DNA of 64,000 nt, taken from the human T2T-CHM13v2.0 reference genome, Homo sapiens. The DNA lies in NCBI RefSeq assembly GCF_009914755.1, contig NC_060926.1. The stretch is one strand, 5' to 3'. A program made the position numbers and the translations under genes. Below are positions 14,120 through 30,929 of the stretch, in pieces (within the stretch, counting starts at the first letter, position 1; every line of letters starts with the position of its first letter). The notes beneath the pieces were generated by a model, which was not told the DNA's origin, searched no databases, and worked only from the letters and a program-made list of their open reading frames with translations.

Positions 14120-14592
14120 GCACGCAGGAGCCCTGCTGTCTTTGGCTCCATCTCCTTCCCCTTCCCCTCACTCACTCCACTCCACTCCAGCCTCAATGGC
14201 TTCCTTTATGCTCCTCAAACATTCCCCAGGGCCTTTGCTCTAGCTATTCCCTTAGCCTGGATGATGCATTCCCCAGACACCCAAGTGTTTGCTCAGATCG
14301 TACCTTCTTAGGGAGGCAGACCCTGATCCCCACCCTACTGAACTCTTCAGCCCACCGCTGCCCTCCTGCTCCCCTCCCCCTTGATCTTTTACTTCCTTGC
14401 ATTGCCCTTATCACCTTCTGCCACACGATATGATTCTTTATATCTTCCATTTATTCTTAACTATCTGTGTACTCCTGATAGAACACAATCTCCACAAGGG
14501 TGGAGATCTTTAATTTGTGCACAGGTATTTCCCAAGCACCTAAAATAGTGTCCAGAAAACAGAAGGTTTTCAAAAACTGTTTGTTGAATGAG
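14120..14592 (+). mobile_element. L2 3' end
   Basis: ccccagggcctttgc motif and tgtttgttgaatga terminus. Confidence 0.7.
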
Positions 14593-14659
14593 ACTTTCTG
14601 TAAGTGGTGTGGAATGGTTTCCATTAAGAGGGGACTGGTGGGAAAAAGTGGAACCTTCA

Positions 14660-16430
<1,771 letters not shown>

Positions 16431-16849
16431 ATGTACAACTCTTTCCAATTTGACTCCTTAAATTTAGCAGCATTAATATTGAGAGTTACTTTAAGATATC
16501 CCCTAAAATTCCTGGGATTTTCATGGTCACACATCAGGTACCCAATAGCTACATGTTCCTGTCTCTAAAATATGGTGAAAAACATCTGACCTGTTTGGAG
16601 GAATCACCCAGTTGTTTGGAGGCAAACTTGTGCACAGTAGTGATCTCCTCGGTTCACTCTGAGTCATCAATTCTGGAGCTCTCAGTTTGTGGAGAAATTT
16701 TCTAGAAACTGGAGAGAGAGGGGTAAAATAATAGGAGACATACAATAAAGCCAATGACACCATAATGGGGCTGTCAGGAGGCAGAAAAGGAGACGAGCAA
16801 AAAGAAACAAACAACATAAACATATGGATACATAATAAGTAAGAGTTAC

Positions 16850-17030
16850 ATCAGCGTTTCCCAAACCTGGCTGCCAGGTAGAATCATTTGCAGCACTTGT
16901 TTAAAATTTAGATGCCCAAATCCTGTCTCTGAAAATGCTGACTTAGGTCTGGTGTTGGGTCCCCTGCACTGTATTTTGAAACAAGTCCACAGGTGGTTTC
17001 CATTCCTGGTAGAGTAGGGGAGCCACTGAT
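16850..17030. mobile_element. MER5A
   Basis: cagcgtttcccaaacctggctg...agaatca...gagccactg. Confidence 0.6.
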
Positions 17031-18037
17031 CTGCACTGCTAATTACAAACAATTCACCAGGGTTTTTGGGGGGCTTACAGTGGCTGTAGTCTTCAAACCT
17101 GGTATTTTCAAAATCCATTACCTCAGCATGGGAAAAAAGACTAGAAAAATAAAGCCCTGGTGAGCAGGGAATTAGATTTTTAGAAGTGTATTGAAACTCA
17201 AAAGTTGAAGTACATTTGATTCTCATTATTCTGGTTATAAAGTGACCACAAACAGTGAATTAGCAAATACTGAACCATTGCTCCTAGAGGACATACAGGT
17301 TTGGGTTCCTGCAAGTCTCTGGTCACAGTATTTTCATCAATCAGTCAATATACAACGTTGTTTTATGTGCCAAATTAACCGACGCAGAGCTCTAAATTAT
17401 GCAGCTCAACTTCATATGAAATGCAGGACAACAATCAGGTCTTTGGGGGTGGAGGTGGGAGGATGTATTGCTCTGCATTCAAGCAGTAAAAACATGTGAC
17501 ACTCAAATTAGGAGGATATGAGGAGAGTTTAATCAAAGGACTACTTACAAAGGTGGGGGTGGGGGGTGAAATGTAGCAGGTCCAGAACAATCTCTAGGGC
17601 TGGGGAGGCAGAGCTAGCACCACCCTCTCAGCCCTGTCCTCAGGCCCAAGGGAGAAGGGGGAGGAGCAACTCCTGCCTGGAGGAGAAGGGAGTATGGAGA
17701 GACACTGCCCTCAGAGGGGCAAGTGCAAAGTGAAAATGTGAGCCCTTCTGTCCAAAAAGCAGGCAAAACGTGACATTAAAGCATAAATTATTTTGTTGTT
17801 CCTCAGGTAAGTCTCCCCACTTCTCCTCTCTCCTTTTTCTCTTTTATCCTTTTCTCTTCCTCTCTCCTTGTCACATTGCTATTTATTTGCTATTTAATGT
17901 TACAGTCCCTCTTCCCTCTGGCATGGGGATAGTGCATATCTTAGGGGACAGTGCAGACCCTCAAAGATGTCTATGGGCCCCACCCTGCATCTCAATCCAT
18001 ACTGCTTAGCCTTATTCTTTCCCAACCATTCATTTTA

Positions 18038-18520
<483 letters not shown>

Positions 18521-18616
18521 TAAACGAGCCATTAAGATATAAATGATATATGCATGCTGTGATTTAGTCTATGGATTTATTCTAAAATTGCTAAAATGTC
18601 ACCATGTAGTGACCAT

Positions 18617-21612
<2,996 letters not shown>

Positions 21613-21659
21613 TTTTTTAAAAATTGCTAAAATACACCATGTCATCATGCAGTGTCAGA

Positions 21660-21830
21660 ATATATACACACACACACACAATCACACTATATATATTATA
21701 CTACATATATACACACACAGTATATATACTATACTATATGTAGTTTGTGTACACATAGATAAATATACATAAATATATATGTTGAGTGTGTGTAGATATA
21801 TATACACACACAGCACAAATATACATGATT
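21660..21830. repeat. (TA)n/(CA)n low-complexity tract
   Basis: Seen directly in the sequence. Confidence 0.85.
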
Positions 21831-23169
21831 GTAATATGTAATAAGAATGAGGTAGTATTACATGATTCCTAATAACAGAGATAATGCTTTTAAGTGTCAG
21901 TAAAGAGTAATATTGCTCTCTTCAGTTAATGGCCCTTTTATTTTGAGGACCAGGCTTTTCTTTTCCCTGATGTTTCTATTTAATATTCTTTTTTTCTCTC
22001 AAGAAATATTCTTTCTTCCTTTACTGTCCCTAACAGACCAAATACTATCTCCCTGCCATAGACATGTACTGTCAATGCATGCTATAATTTGACATCCTGA
22101 ATTACAGACACATGGTATTTAAAGTGTATGTATACTTTATAAAGAGAGTAGATGTTACTCAAAACTTTCTACATTACTTATTTCAAAAAACTGTACTTTA
22201 GTCCAAATTTAGAACTATTTAGTAATTAAAATTTTCAATCCAGTTAATAGGAATAATTCTGTGGTTTTATCTTTCTGTAATTAACTGAAAGACTAAATAG
22301 GTCATATTCTAGTATTTTCTGAAATATTTAAGACTGATCTCAAAACTAATTTCTAAGATGATTCTCCTTGTTACTAAATAAGTAAAAGTTTACATTTACT
22401 TATTTTGTATGTATTTTTGAAGCCAACTACTGTAGAAAATCAGCAATCTATTAGAAAATTTCATTATTTTATTTGCTAATGAACTTATTTGAAAATTTCA
22501 CTTTTTGAATAAATAATATTTAATTTTTAATTTCTTTATTTTTTATTTTTTAAATACTAGAATTGACATTCTGAACGTATTTTTAATTCTTTTCTTTATT
22601 TTCTAAAATATTAGCATAAATGACTTAAAAATTAGTATTTTGTGCAACCATAAAAATTACAATCATTTGCTTCTAAATAGTCAAATTTTTCAGATTAGTA
22701 AAAATTATTTGAAAACAAATTTGTGGATAATAAAGATTAGCTAGAACTGTGACTGTATGGTGTAGTTACCACACAGTTTATTATGCAGCAAAAATGTATG
22801 CTTGAGATTTCTGAACTTTGCTAATTTTTCTGCTGTTTTCCAACTGACCAAAATGATGTTAGGAATGCAACTTTGTAAATGGGTGCTAATTGATAATGGG
22901 AATAATTTTGTAATGGACTATAAAGGATGTTAATAATGAAGCCATATGTTTATGTCTGGATTGAAAACTTTTAAACTATTATTTGCTAAGTCATTTTGCT
23001 TTACCTTGAAGAACATAAACTGTTGTTTCAGTTATTCAAACTAACAAGATCTTATTTACGGCAAGAAATAGTTCATTAAGATGTTGTGCTGTAATACGGG
23101 AAAATGTAAATCCTTTTCACAGTTTATTTCAATGTGAAATAAAATTTAATTCTGATAAAAAAGGGAAAA

Positions 23170-23970
23170 AGTGTAATGCTTTCCCCCTAAGATTGAGAAC
23201 AAGGCAAGGATTTCCACTCACTCCACATTGTACTGGAGGCTTAGCAAGTGCGATAAGGTGAGAGAGGAAAACATTTTACAGATTAGAAAGGAAGAAACAA
23301 AACTGTCTTTATTCATAGACAACATGATTGTCTACATAGAATGCTCCAAAGAATCTAGAGAAACAATACCAGAAGATTAGCAATATCAGAGTATATAAAA
23401 GCAATATACAAAAATTAAATGTATTTCTATATGCTAGCAATAAAAATTATAAATTACAAATTACAATGTAAAAAACACTACCATTTATGGTGGCATCAAA
23501 AATCATTACATATTTAGAGAAAATCTAAGTGAAAATTTTTTATGAAGAAAACTACAGAACATTAATGAAGAAAAATAAGTAAATAAATATAGAAAGATAC
23601 TTTGTTTATGGATCAGAACACTCAGTATCATTACGATATCAATTCTCCCCCAATTTATCTGTAAATTCAATACAATTATAATCAAAATCTCAGCAGGCTT
23701 TTTGAAATAGAAATTGATGATTTAATAAATAATTCTAAAGCTTATACATAAAAGCAAAGGATCTAGAGTAGCTAAAACAATTATGGAAAAGAAGACTGAG
23801 GTTGAGGAATCATGGTATCTAATTTCAACTTACTACAAAGCTGCTCCAATCAGGGCAGTATGCTATTGGTGTAAAGACAGACATAATGGTCAACTTACTT
23901 TTGACAAGGCTGCCAAAACCCATCCAATGGTGAAAGGATAGTCTTTTCAACAAATGGTGCTGGGACAACT
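23170..23970 (+). mobile_element. Ancient L1M ORF2 fragment
   Basis: gaacaaggcaaggat, gacaacatgattgtcta, caacaaatggtgctgggacaact. Confidence 0.85.
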
Positions 23971-24567
23971 AAGAGAAAAGGCAACCTGTCCACCTTAGGT
24001 AGACTTAGGAAGTTGTTGACTCAACAAATCTGAGACTTGTCTTCAAGCCTGAGAAAACACATTGGGTGATTGGTTTCTAAGTGCCCACTAGTCCCATCTT
24101 ATTATTAGTTATTTTTGTCTCTCTCATAGCTCAGTGTCTGTTATCTAGTGTTACAAATGTTTATTGATCAAAGACAAAACAAGATGAATATGTTGATTGA
24201 TACGTAACAGAAAATCAAACCACTGAAAATAAAAACCATCTTTAAGAAGAATCAGGAAGAGTGGTAAAGCTCTGGAGAATTCCTAGATTATTTTCTGCAA
24301 CTCTGACTGATGGAGGATTATAAAGGGGGATTGAGAAAAAAAAATTCTATCCTCCTAGAAAGGAATTATTATTATCTGACCATGGCAACAAATAACGACC
24401 AAAGCCAGTTTTAAACCCATCCTAATCAATCATGACAACTTCACATCAGTAAATACACTTCCTGAAATCAGCCAATTAGCAACAGTTTTTCACTCTATTC
24501 AGTGAACAAGCTTCTGAAAGTTAGCCAGCCATCAATGGTGTTACTTGCTTTCACAGTTAAGCATTAA

Positions 24568-24916
<349 letters not shown>

Positions 24917-25399
24917 AACATTCCTGTTTTTGAAAATCCTCCAATCCCTGAAGTCTGTATTACAAGACCAATTCTGCATTGCTGAGAGAGACTGTGCTTT
25001 ACAGGTACAGCTCTAACTTTGCTTACAAAGTAATCAATTCAGCTTTTTTATTTCTGATATTAAGAAGTGGCCTCTTCCTTCAACATAATTACAATTTTAT
25101 ATCATTTGTCTGGACATTGTATTATTGATGGTATTTGTTAAATTTTTAAAAAATATGATTTTTGTGATTCCTCATTCTAAATAAGCATTTTTGGTCTAAA
25201 AATAATTGTTTTATTGTGCAAGTACTTATTGAGCACATACTATAAGGAAACATGTTAAACAGAAACAAAAATGGTCCCTGCTCTCATGAAATTTACAGTC
25301 TAGTGGAGAAGGGCAGACATTAATCAAATAGGCATACCAAAATATATAAAATGTATAACTGTGTCCACCCATGAAAGATTATAAGCTATAGGAACTGCC

Positions 25400-26060
25400 T
25401 GCCCACCATAAATAACTATTTAAGAATGCACAAACTTCATTGAACAACTAATTTCAGACATGGTGCAACAGGTAGCACAGAACTATGATCCCCAAAGGAA
25501 AGAAAACAAATGAATTTAGTCCTGTGATTGCTCCGGTTTACTGCCTGGAGAGAGTTTCCAGGCCACCGTGCAGGGACAGCAAAAGCAAACAGAGCCCCCA
25601 CTGAGTGGAGGAGATGGAGATTGGCACCCTGGGAGGCACAGGTGGCTAGAATTTACAGGCAAAGTATAGGAAATAAAGTTGCCGAACAGAGAGAGAATAA
25701 TGCCTCAGTGACCTGTGGGATATCAGTCTAAGATGCACGTAATTGAAGTCAGAGAAAAAAGGGAGACATAAAATATTTGAAGGAATGATGGCCAAAAGTT
25801 TTCTAAATTTGGTAAAAACTATAAGCCCATGGATATAGGAGACTCAACAAATCTGAAACAGAATAAACTTCGTAAAACCATACTAAAATATATCATGACC
25901 AATTGCTCACACATCCTTATAAAGTCTTAAAAACAGCTATTGGGAAAAAGATACATTATATACAGATAAGAATTTCAACAGACTTCTTTTCCAAAACTAC
26001 ATAAGCCAGAACAATGGAACATCTTTAAAGTGCTAAAAGAAAAAAACTGTCAACCATAAA
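25400..26060 (+). mobile_element. Ancient L1M 5'/ORF1 fragment
   Basis: aaatatttgaaggaatgatggccaaaagttttctaaattt and aaaaactgtcaacc ORF1-like motifs. Confidence 0.55.
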
Positions 26061-26422
26061 TGTTCCGTGGTGAGCGAGTCTATGCAAACTTAACCCCAAA
26101 GCCCAGGAAGCTGAGAGGTGAAAGAAGAAGGCTGACATATCCGGCTTATCAGAAAGAAATATTTAAGGGGGACTTACAAACAGAAGTGATATCCTTTGGC
26201 AGCCATGAGAAGGGATAGTGGATCCCTGAGCCCTTATCCCCCAGGTCCAGGGATTACATACCACAGGGAAGGAATGTGTAACAATTGAAATCAACCCCTC
26301 AGAGAGAGGCAAGAATGAACAGTAGAAAAAGTAGAAATCTCAGAGGCATTCCCAGAACAAGGGTTAATCAGAAGTCAGTATGGTAGAGTAGCGTCCAAGA
26401 TGGAGTTGCTTTATCATCTACA
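26061..26422. mobile_element. ERV LTR fragment (family unresolved)
   Basis: TG start, LTR-like composition, ccaagatggagt motif. Confidence 0.45.
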
Positions 26423-26424
26423 CC

Positions 26425-26866
26425 TGTGGAGGAAAAGTTAAATATTAAATTTGAACTCAATTGAACATGGACACAAACAATGGTCACCAAGTCCTAGAAC
26501 AGGTTGTGTGAGCCCCTTGAGGCATTCATCCAGTGCTGTTTCAGAGAAATATCTATTTCAATCTGTTCCTAGTTATTGAAAAACAATAGACAATCGTAAA
26601 ACCAAGTTGACCTTTTTGTGTTCCTTGAGCCCAGTCATGAAGGGCCCTCATGACTTGTTATAAAAAGAGCTAGGGTCTCAGACCGTGCCTTAGCTTCATG
26701 AGACCTCTCCTCATCTGTGCATGGATGAGTGGCCGACTTTGGAGCCCAGGCTGTTACTTCCTGGTCTGGTGGTGAATCCTCCATAGTCTGGTGAGTGCAG
26801 TGTCCAACTCTGGGGCCCAGGCTGTTGCTTCTCAGTCTGGCAATGAATCCTCCATAGTCTGGTGAG

Positions 26867-26899
<33 letters not shown>

Positions 26900-27070
26900 C
26901 ATTTCCCTTCTCCCCTTCCCATTGCAATTTGCTTATTATATCAATTTGCTTATTATATCATTTGCTTATTATATCTGCATTGCCATTTATATGGGATAAA
27001 GGTTATTTACCATTAAAGGTATTGTGCATGTGTCTTTTCTTCTCCCCTCACGTGTTTCCCACACAGAACA
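26425..27070 (+). mobile_element. Solo LTR (LTR18B/LTR14C-like, family and strand tentative)
   Basis: TG...CA ends, exact 5-bp TSD acacc at 26420-26424 and 27071-27075, internal direct repeats. Confidence 0.85.
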
Positions 27071-27079
27071 ACACCAAAT

Positions 27080-28040
27080 CTACCCAACATCACCTACCAC
27101 AGGCTATACTACTATTGTCTCTTATGTGAACTACTGGAATGGTGTCCCAACTGGCCTCCCTGCTTCCATCCTTGGTGACTTCCAATCCATTCTCCAGCTG
27201 AAATCAAATTAATGTTTTTACTATGTAGACAGGATTATGCAATTCTCCTGCTTAAGAAAAAAAAAGGCTGCTGATTTCACTGTGAATAAAATCCAAAGCC
27301 ATTGACATGGCCTGCAAGCCTCTGTCTACTTGTTCTACCTTTCTTCCACTCCTATTCTTCTAACTCTTGCTGATTCCGCATTTTTTAAACATATAATTTT
27401 GTTTGAGACAGGGTTTTACTGTCACCCAGGCTGGAATGCACTGATGAGATCATGGCTCACTGCAGCCTCGACCTCCCAATCTCAAGCAATCCTCCCACCT
27501 CAGCCTCTCACATAGCTAGGAATACAGACATGCACCACCACACTTGGCTAATTTTTTTATTTTTTGTGGAGACAGGGTCTCACTATGTTGTCCAGCCTTG
27601 TTTCAAACTCCTGGAGGCAAGTGGTTTTCCTGCCTGGGCCACTCAAAGTGCTGAGATTACCAGTGTAAGCCACTGCACCCAGCCTGATTCAGCTTTTTGC
27701 AGCCACAGAATATTCACAAATGCATTCTCTCAGCCCACAAAAATCCCTTCCCTCTCATTTCTATTTCTGTTTCTCACTTAAGGTCTTAGCTATAGGAGGC
27801 CTCCCCTGACCATTTCCACCCTCCCAGTCTCAGTTAGGTTCCTCTGTGCACCCTCATGGTACACAGACATGGCACACAGTACTTTTTATCAGAACACTCT
27901 TCAGTGTTTGTACCACTGTGTTTATTTGTGTGAGTATTTGATTGTTGTCATTCTCTCTCCTAGAGAGTAAGATCCTTGATACTGGCTCAGCATGGAACAT
28001 CTGGCACACAGTATGCACTGAGGAAATACTTGTTGGAATA
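27080..28040 (+). mobile_element. L2 with AluJ (27400-27685, minus) inserted
   Basis: ctggcctccctgcttcca and tggcacacagta...aaatacttgttgg L2 motifs, Alu dimer. Confidence 0.7.
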
Positions 28041-28090
28041 ATCAGTGAATCATAGATGAAAACTTAACCTTGGAATTAATTATGAGACTG
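27964..28090 (+). ncRNA. MTLN: Candidate upstream noncoding exon of long LINC00116/MTLN isoform
   Basis: ttctctctccctag| acceptor and actg|gtgggt donor. Confidence 0.4.
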
Positions 28091-28362
28091 GTGGGTGTGT
28101 TACTTAGAAGGATTTTCCTGTTCTTCCTGAAAGGGTTATAGAAGGCTATTGTACACTGTGTCTTCAGAATTACAGAATGGAGAGGCAGACTTGAAGTGCT
28201 TGTTCCTGTGAAAAAGAAGGATCAAAGCTCGAGGCTCAGCCTTCCCTTATGGAACCCTTTGTGTTCTTGCCCTGCACTGGGAGAAAATTATCCACATTTG
28301 GAAATCACACACCTAGCCCATCTACTTAGTATTCCTGCCTACTTCCTCTAAGTCTCAGCCTT

Positions 28363-28550
28363 GTGGGGTGTGGGTTTGCTGGTACTTGTGGGGGCAGGTG
28401 AAGAACTTGAGCATATCACCCAACCCTTCAGGGATTTCCCTTCCCATTCCCAACAGCTCAGAGGAAGAGAACGGGAGACAAAGGACCTGGTGATTAGACC
28501 CCCAAGACACTGGGCTGTCTGCTTGTGTCTCAGGTGGAACAGGCCCAGCG
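28363..28550 (+). repeat. Direct duplication copy 1 (~188 bp)
   Basis: Near-identical to 29858-30046. Confidence 0.97.
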
Positions 28551-29408
28551 GGAAAGGGGTTGGGGCACAGAAATAAGGGGTTTGGGTGCAGAGATAAGAG
28601 GTCATGGGGTGGAAATAAGGGATAGGGGCACAGAGATAAGAGGTCAGGGGGTGGAAATAAGGGATCGGGGCACAGAGATAAGAGGTCGGGGCGTGGAAAT
28701 AAGGGATCAGGGCACAGAGATAAGAGGTTGGGGTTCCTGCCCCTCCCCCAGAAAAGCAGGACTTGCCACTAAGGGTGAAGGAGAAGGGGTTGAGGGGTTC
28801 TTGTCCTTCTTCTAGAAAAGCGGGACTTGCCGCTAAGGGTGAAGGAGAAGGGGTTGAGGGGTTCTTGCCCCTCTCCTAGAAAAGCAGAGAAGGGGTAGAG
28901 ACAAGGAGAGAAGGGGTTTGGGGTACTTGGCCCTCCCCCAGAAAAGCAGGACTTGCCGCTAAGGGTGAAGGACTAAGGCAGGCGTCCCTGCGTGGTCTGA
29001 CACCTCTGAAACGTGGGTGAATAATCAGAGAGGCGTCCTTGCGATGATTAAACACCAAGGGAAGGCTGCCTTCCTAGTCCGTGACGGGCGCCGGAGTTTT
29101 GGGTCCACGGATAAAACGTGTCTCCTTTGTCTCTACTAGAAAATGAAAGGAACTGAAATTAAGAGAAGGGAGAGATTGAAGTGTGGCGCTAAGATTGAAA
29201 GGAGAAAGAGGTTGAGGGATAGTGAGAGAGGTTGGAGAAGAGACTGAGAAGAGGCCGCTTACCTGATTTAAAATTGGTGAGATGTTCCTTGGGCTGGTGG
29301 GTCTGAGGACTTGAGGTCGTAGGTGGATCTTTTTCACGGAGCAGAGAGCAGGAGGACAGGGGATTGATCTTCTAAGGGAGATCCTTCGATCCAGGTCACG
29401 GCACCAAA
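28551..29408 (-). mobile_element. HERV-H internal leader/pre-gag region, 3'-truncated
   Basis: tRNA-His-like PBS (TGGTGCCGTGACCTGGAT, 29389-29406), major splice donor cag|gtaagc at 29263/29262, ~39-bp tandem repeats at 28556-28735. Confidence 0.93.
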
Positions 29409-29857
29409 TTTTATGTGCGTCCGTGTGAAGAGACCAGTAAACAGGCTTTGTGTGAGCAATAAAGCTTTTAATCACCTAGGTGCAGGTGGGCTGAGTCTGA
29501 AAAAAGAGTCAGCAAAAAGAGATAAAGGTAAGGCAGTTTTATAAGATTTAAGTAAGTAAAGGAAAATTACAATCAAAGAGGTTGTTCTCTGACGGGCAGG
29601 AGTAAAAGTCACAAGGTGCTCAGTAGAGGAGCTTTTGAAGCCAGGATAAGCCAGGAAAAAGACTTTCACAAAGTCATGTCATCACTTAAGACAAGGACTA
29701 GCCATTTTCACTTCTTTTGTAGTAGAATGTCATCAGTTAAGGCAAGGCAAAGTATTTTCACTTCTTTTGTGATTCTTCAGTTACTTCAGGCCATCTAGGC
29801 ATATACGTGCAAGTCACAAAAAATGTGATGGCTTGGCTTAGGCTCAGAGGCCTGACA
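29409..29857 (-). mobile_element. LTR7 (5' LTR of HERV-H), hypermutated
   Basis: Starts TGTCAGGCCTCTGAGCC on the minus strand, has a TATAAAA box and abuts the PBS. Confidence 0.95.
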
Positions 29858-30046
29858 GTGGGTGTGTGTGTTTGCTGGTACTTGTGGGGGCAGGTGAAGA
29901 ACTTGAGCATATCACCCAACCCTACAGGGATTTCCCTTCCCATTCCCAACAGCTCAGAGGAAGAGAATGGGAGACAAAGGACCTGGTGATTAGACCCCCA
30001 AGACACTGGGCTGTCTGCTTGTGTCTCGGGTGGAACAGGCCCAGCG
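29858..30046 (+). repeat. Direct duplication copy 2 (~189 bp)
   Basis: Near-identical to 28363-28550. Confidence 0.97.
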
Positions 30047-30082
30047 AGAGTCTTTAGGGCCAGAACTCAAGAATTTATTGAG
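29953..30082 (+). ncRNA. MTLN: Candidate upstream noncoding exon of long LINC00116/MTLN isoform
   Basis: Strong acceptor tttcccttcccattcccaacag| and donor gag|gtgagt. Confidence 0.55.
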
Positions 30083-30929
30083 GTGAGTGCTCCATTTTAG
30101 TCATGGCAAAGCTATACCTTTTATGGGGGCTAAATTTAAAATATAAAGTGATCATTTTGTTGTTTATGGTCTGGGAGTTGCAGAGGAAACTGATTTCTTT
30201 TATACACTTTAAATGAACTTATTTACAATCGATAAAGATCTAACACTATAAATGATAAAATCTTTCCCCTTGGCAAGCCCTTCAAACAGCAAACTCAACA
30301 GTAGCAGCTAATGTATCTTTCAAAAGGCATTCTTGCAATCAATTAACTTACTATGCTTGACTATTCAGCCTGTTAATCCAAATTTAAGCATTACCTCAAA
30401 GCTGGTTTACCATTGTGAAGTCCACTAAAATGCTCCATTGAAACAATTCACTCAGGGGAAAAACACAAAGTGGCAAGCTGGGGACACAGTGGCTCTTTAA
30501 GAGGGATTTTAACATTTATGTCCCTGCCTTCTCCCCAGTAGCTGTATTCTCCCCAGTGGCCAGAGTTTCCTTCTGCTTCAACAAAGTCATGTCTGTAGTC
30601 TCTTCCAGTTCTGTGTGTCTAATGTTTTCCCATACTCAAGACTCTGGTATACATGATCTAGCTTATTTTTAGTCTAAAGACATCTTAGGGATGAGGCCAG
30701 AATTCCAAGTGAGGTTCAAATTTGCAGTAACACCAGTGGCCCAAGTATGCAACTTGAGGCTGCCAAAAGTGGCTCTTTAAAATGTCTTAGAGCTGTTGAG
30801 TAACACTAAACTCCTTATTTTACAAATGAGTCAAGTGAGACACAGAGAAATTTAGTCTCTTCTCAATTTGTGACTTATCTTTCAAGATACATTTCAGCCA
30901 TCCACTCAGAAGCCTTCCCTGACCACTCT

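Noticed and set aside
26740-26870. Internal direct repeat plus (TA)n
   Set aside because: Lies within a solo LTR bounded by a TSD; internal repeats are ordinary for such LTRs
28556-28735. Regular ~39-bp repeats that look superficially CRISPR-like and encode (GTEIRGQGVEIRD)n
   Set aside because: No unique spacers; these are tandem repeats inside HERV-H internal sequence in a eukaryotic genome
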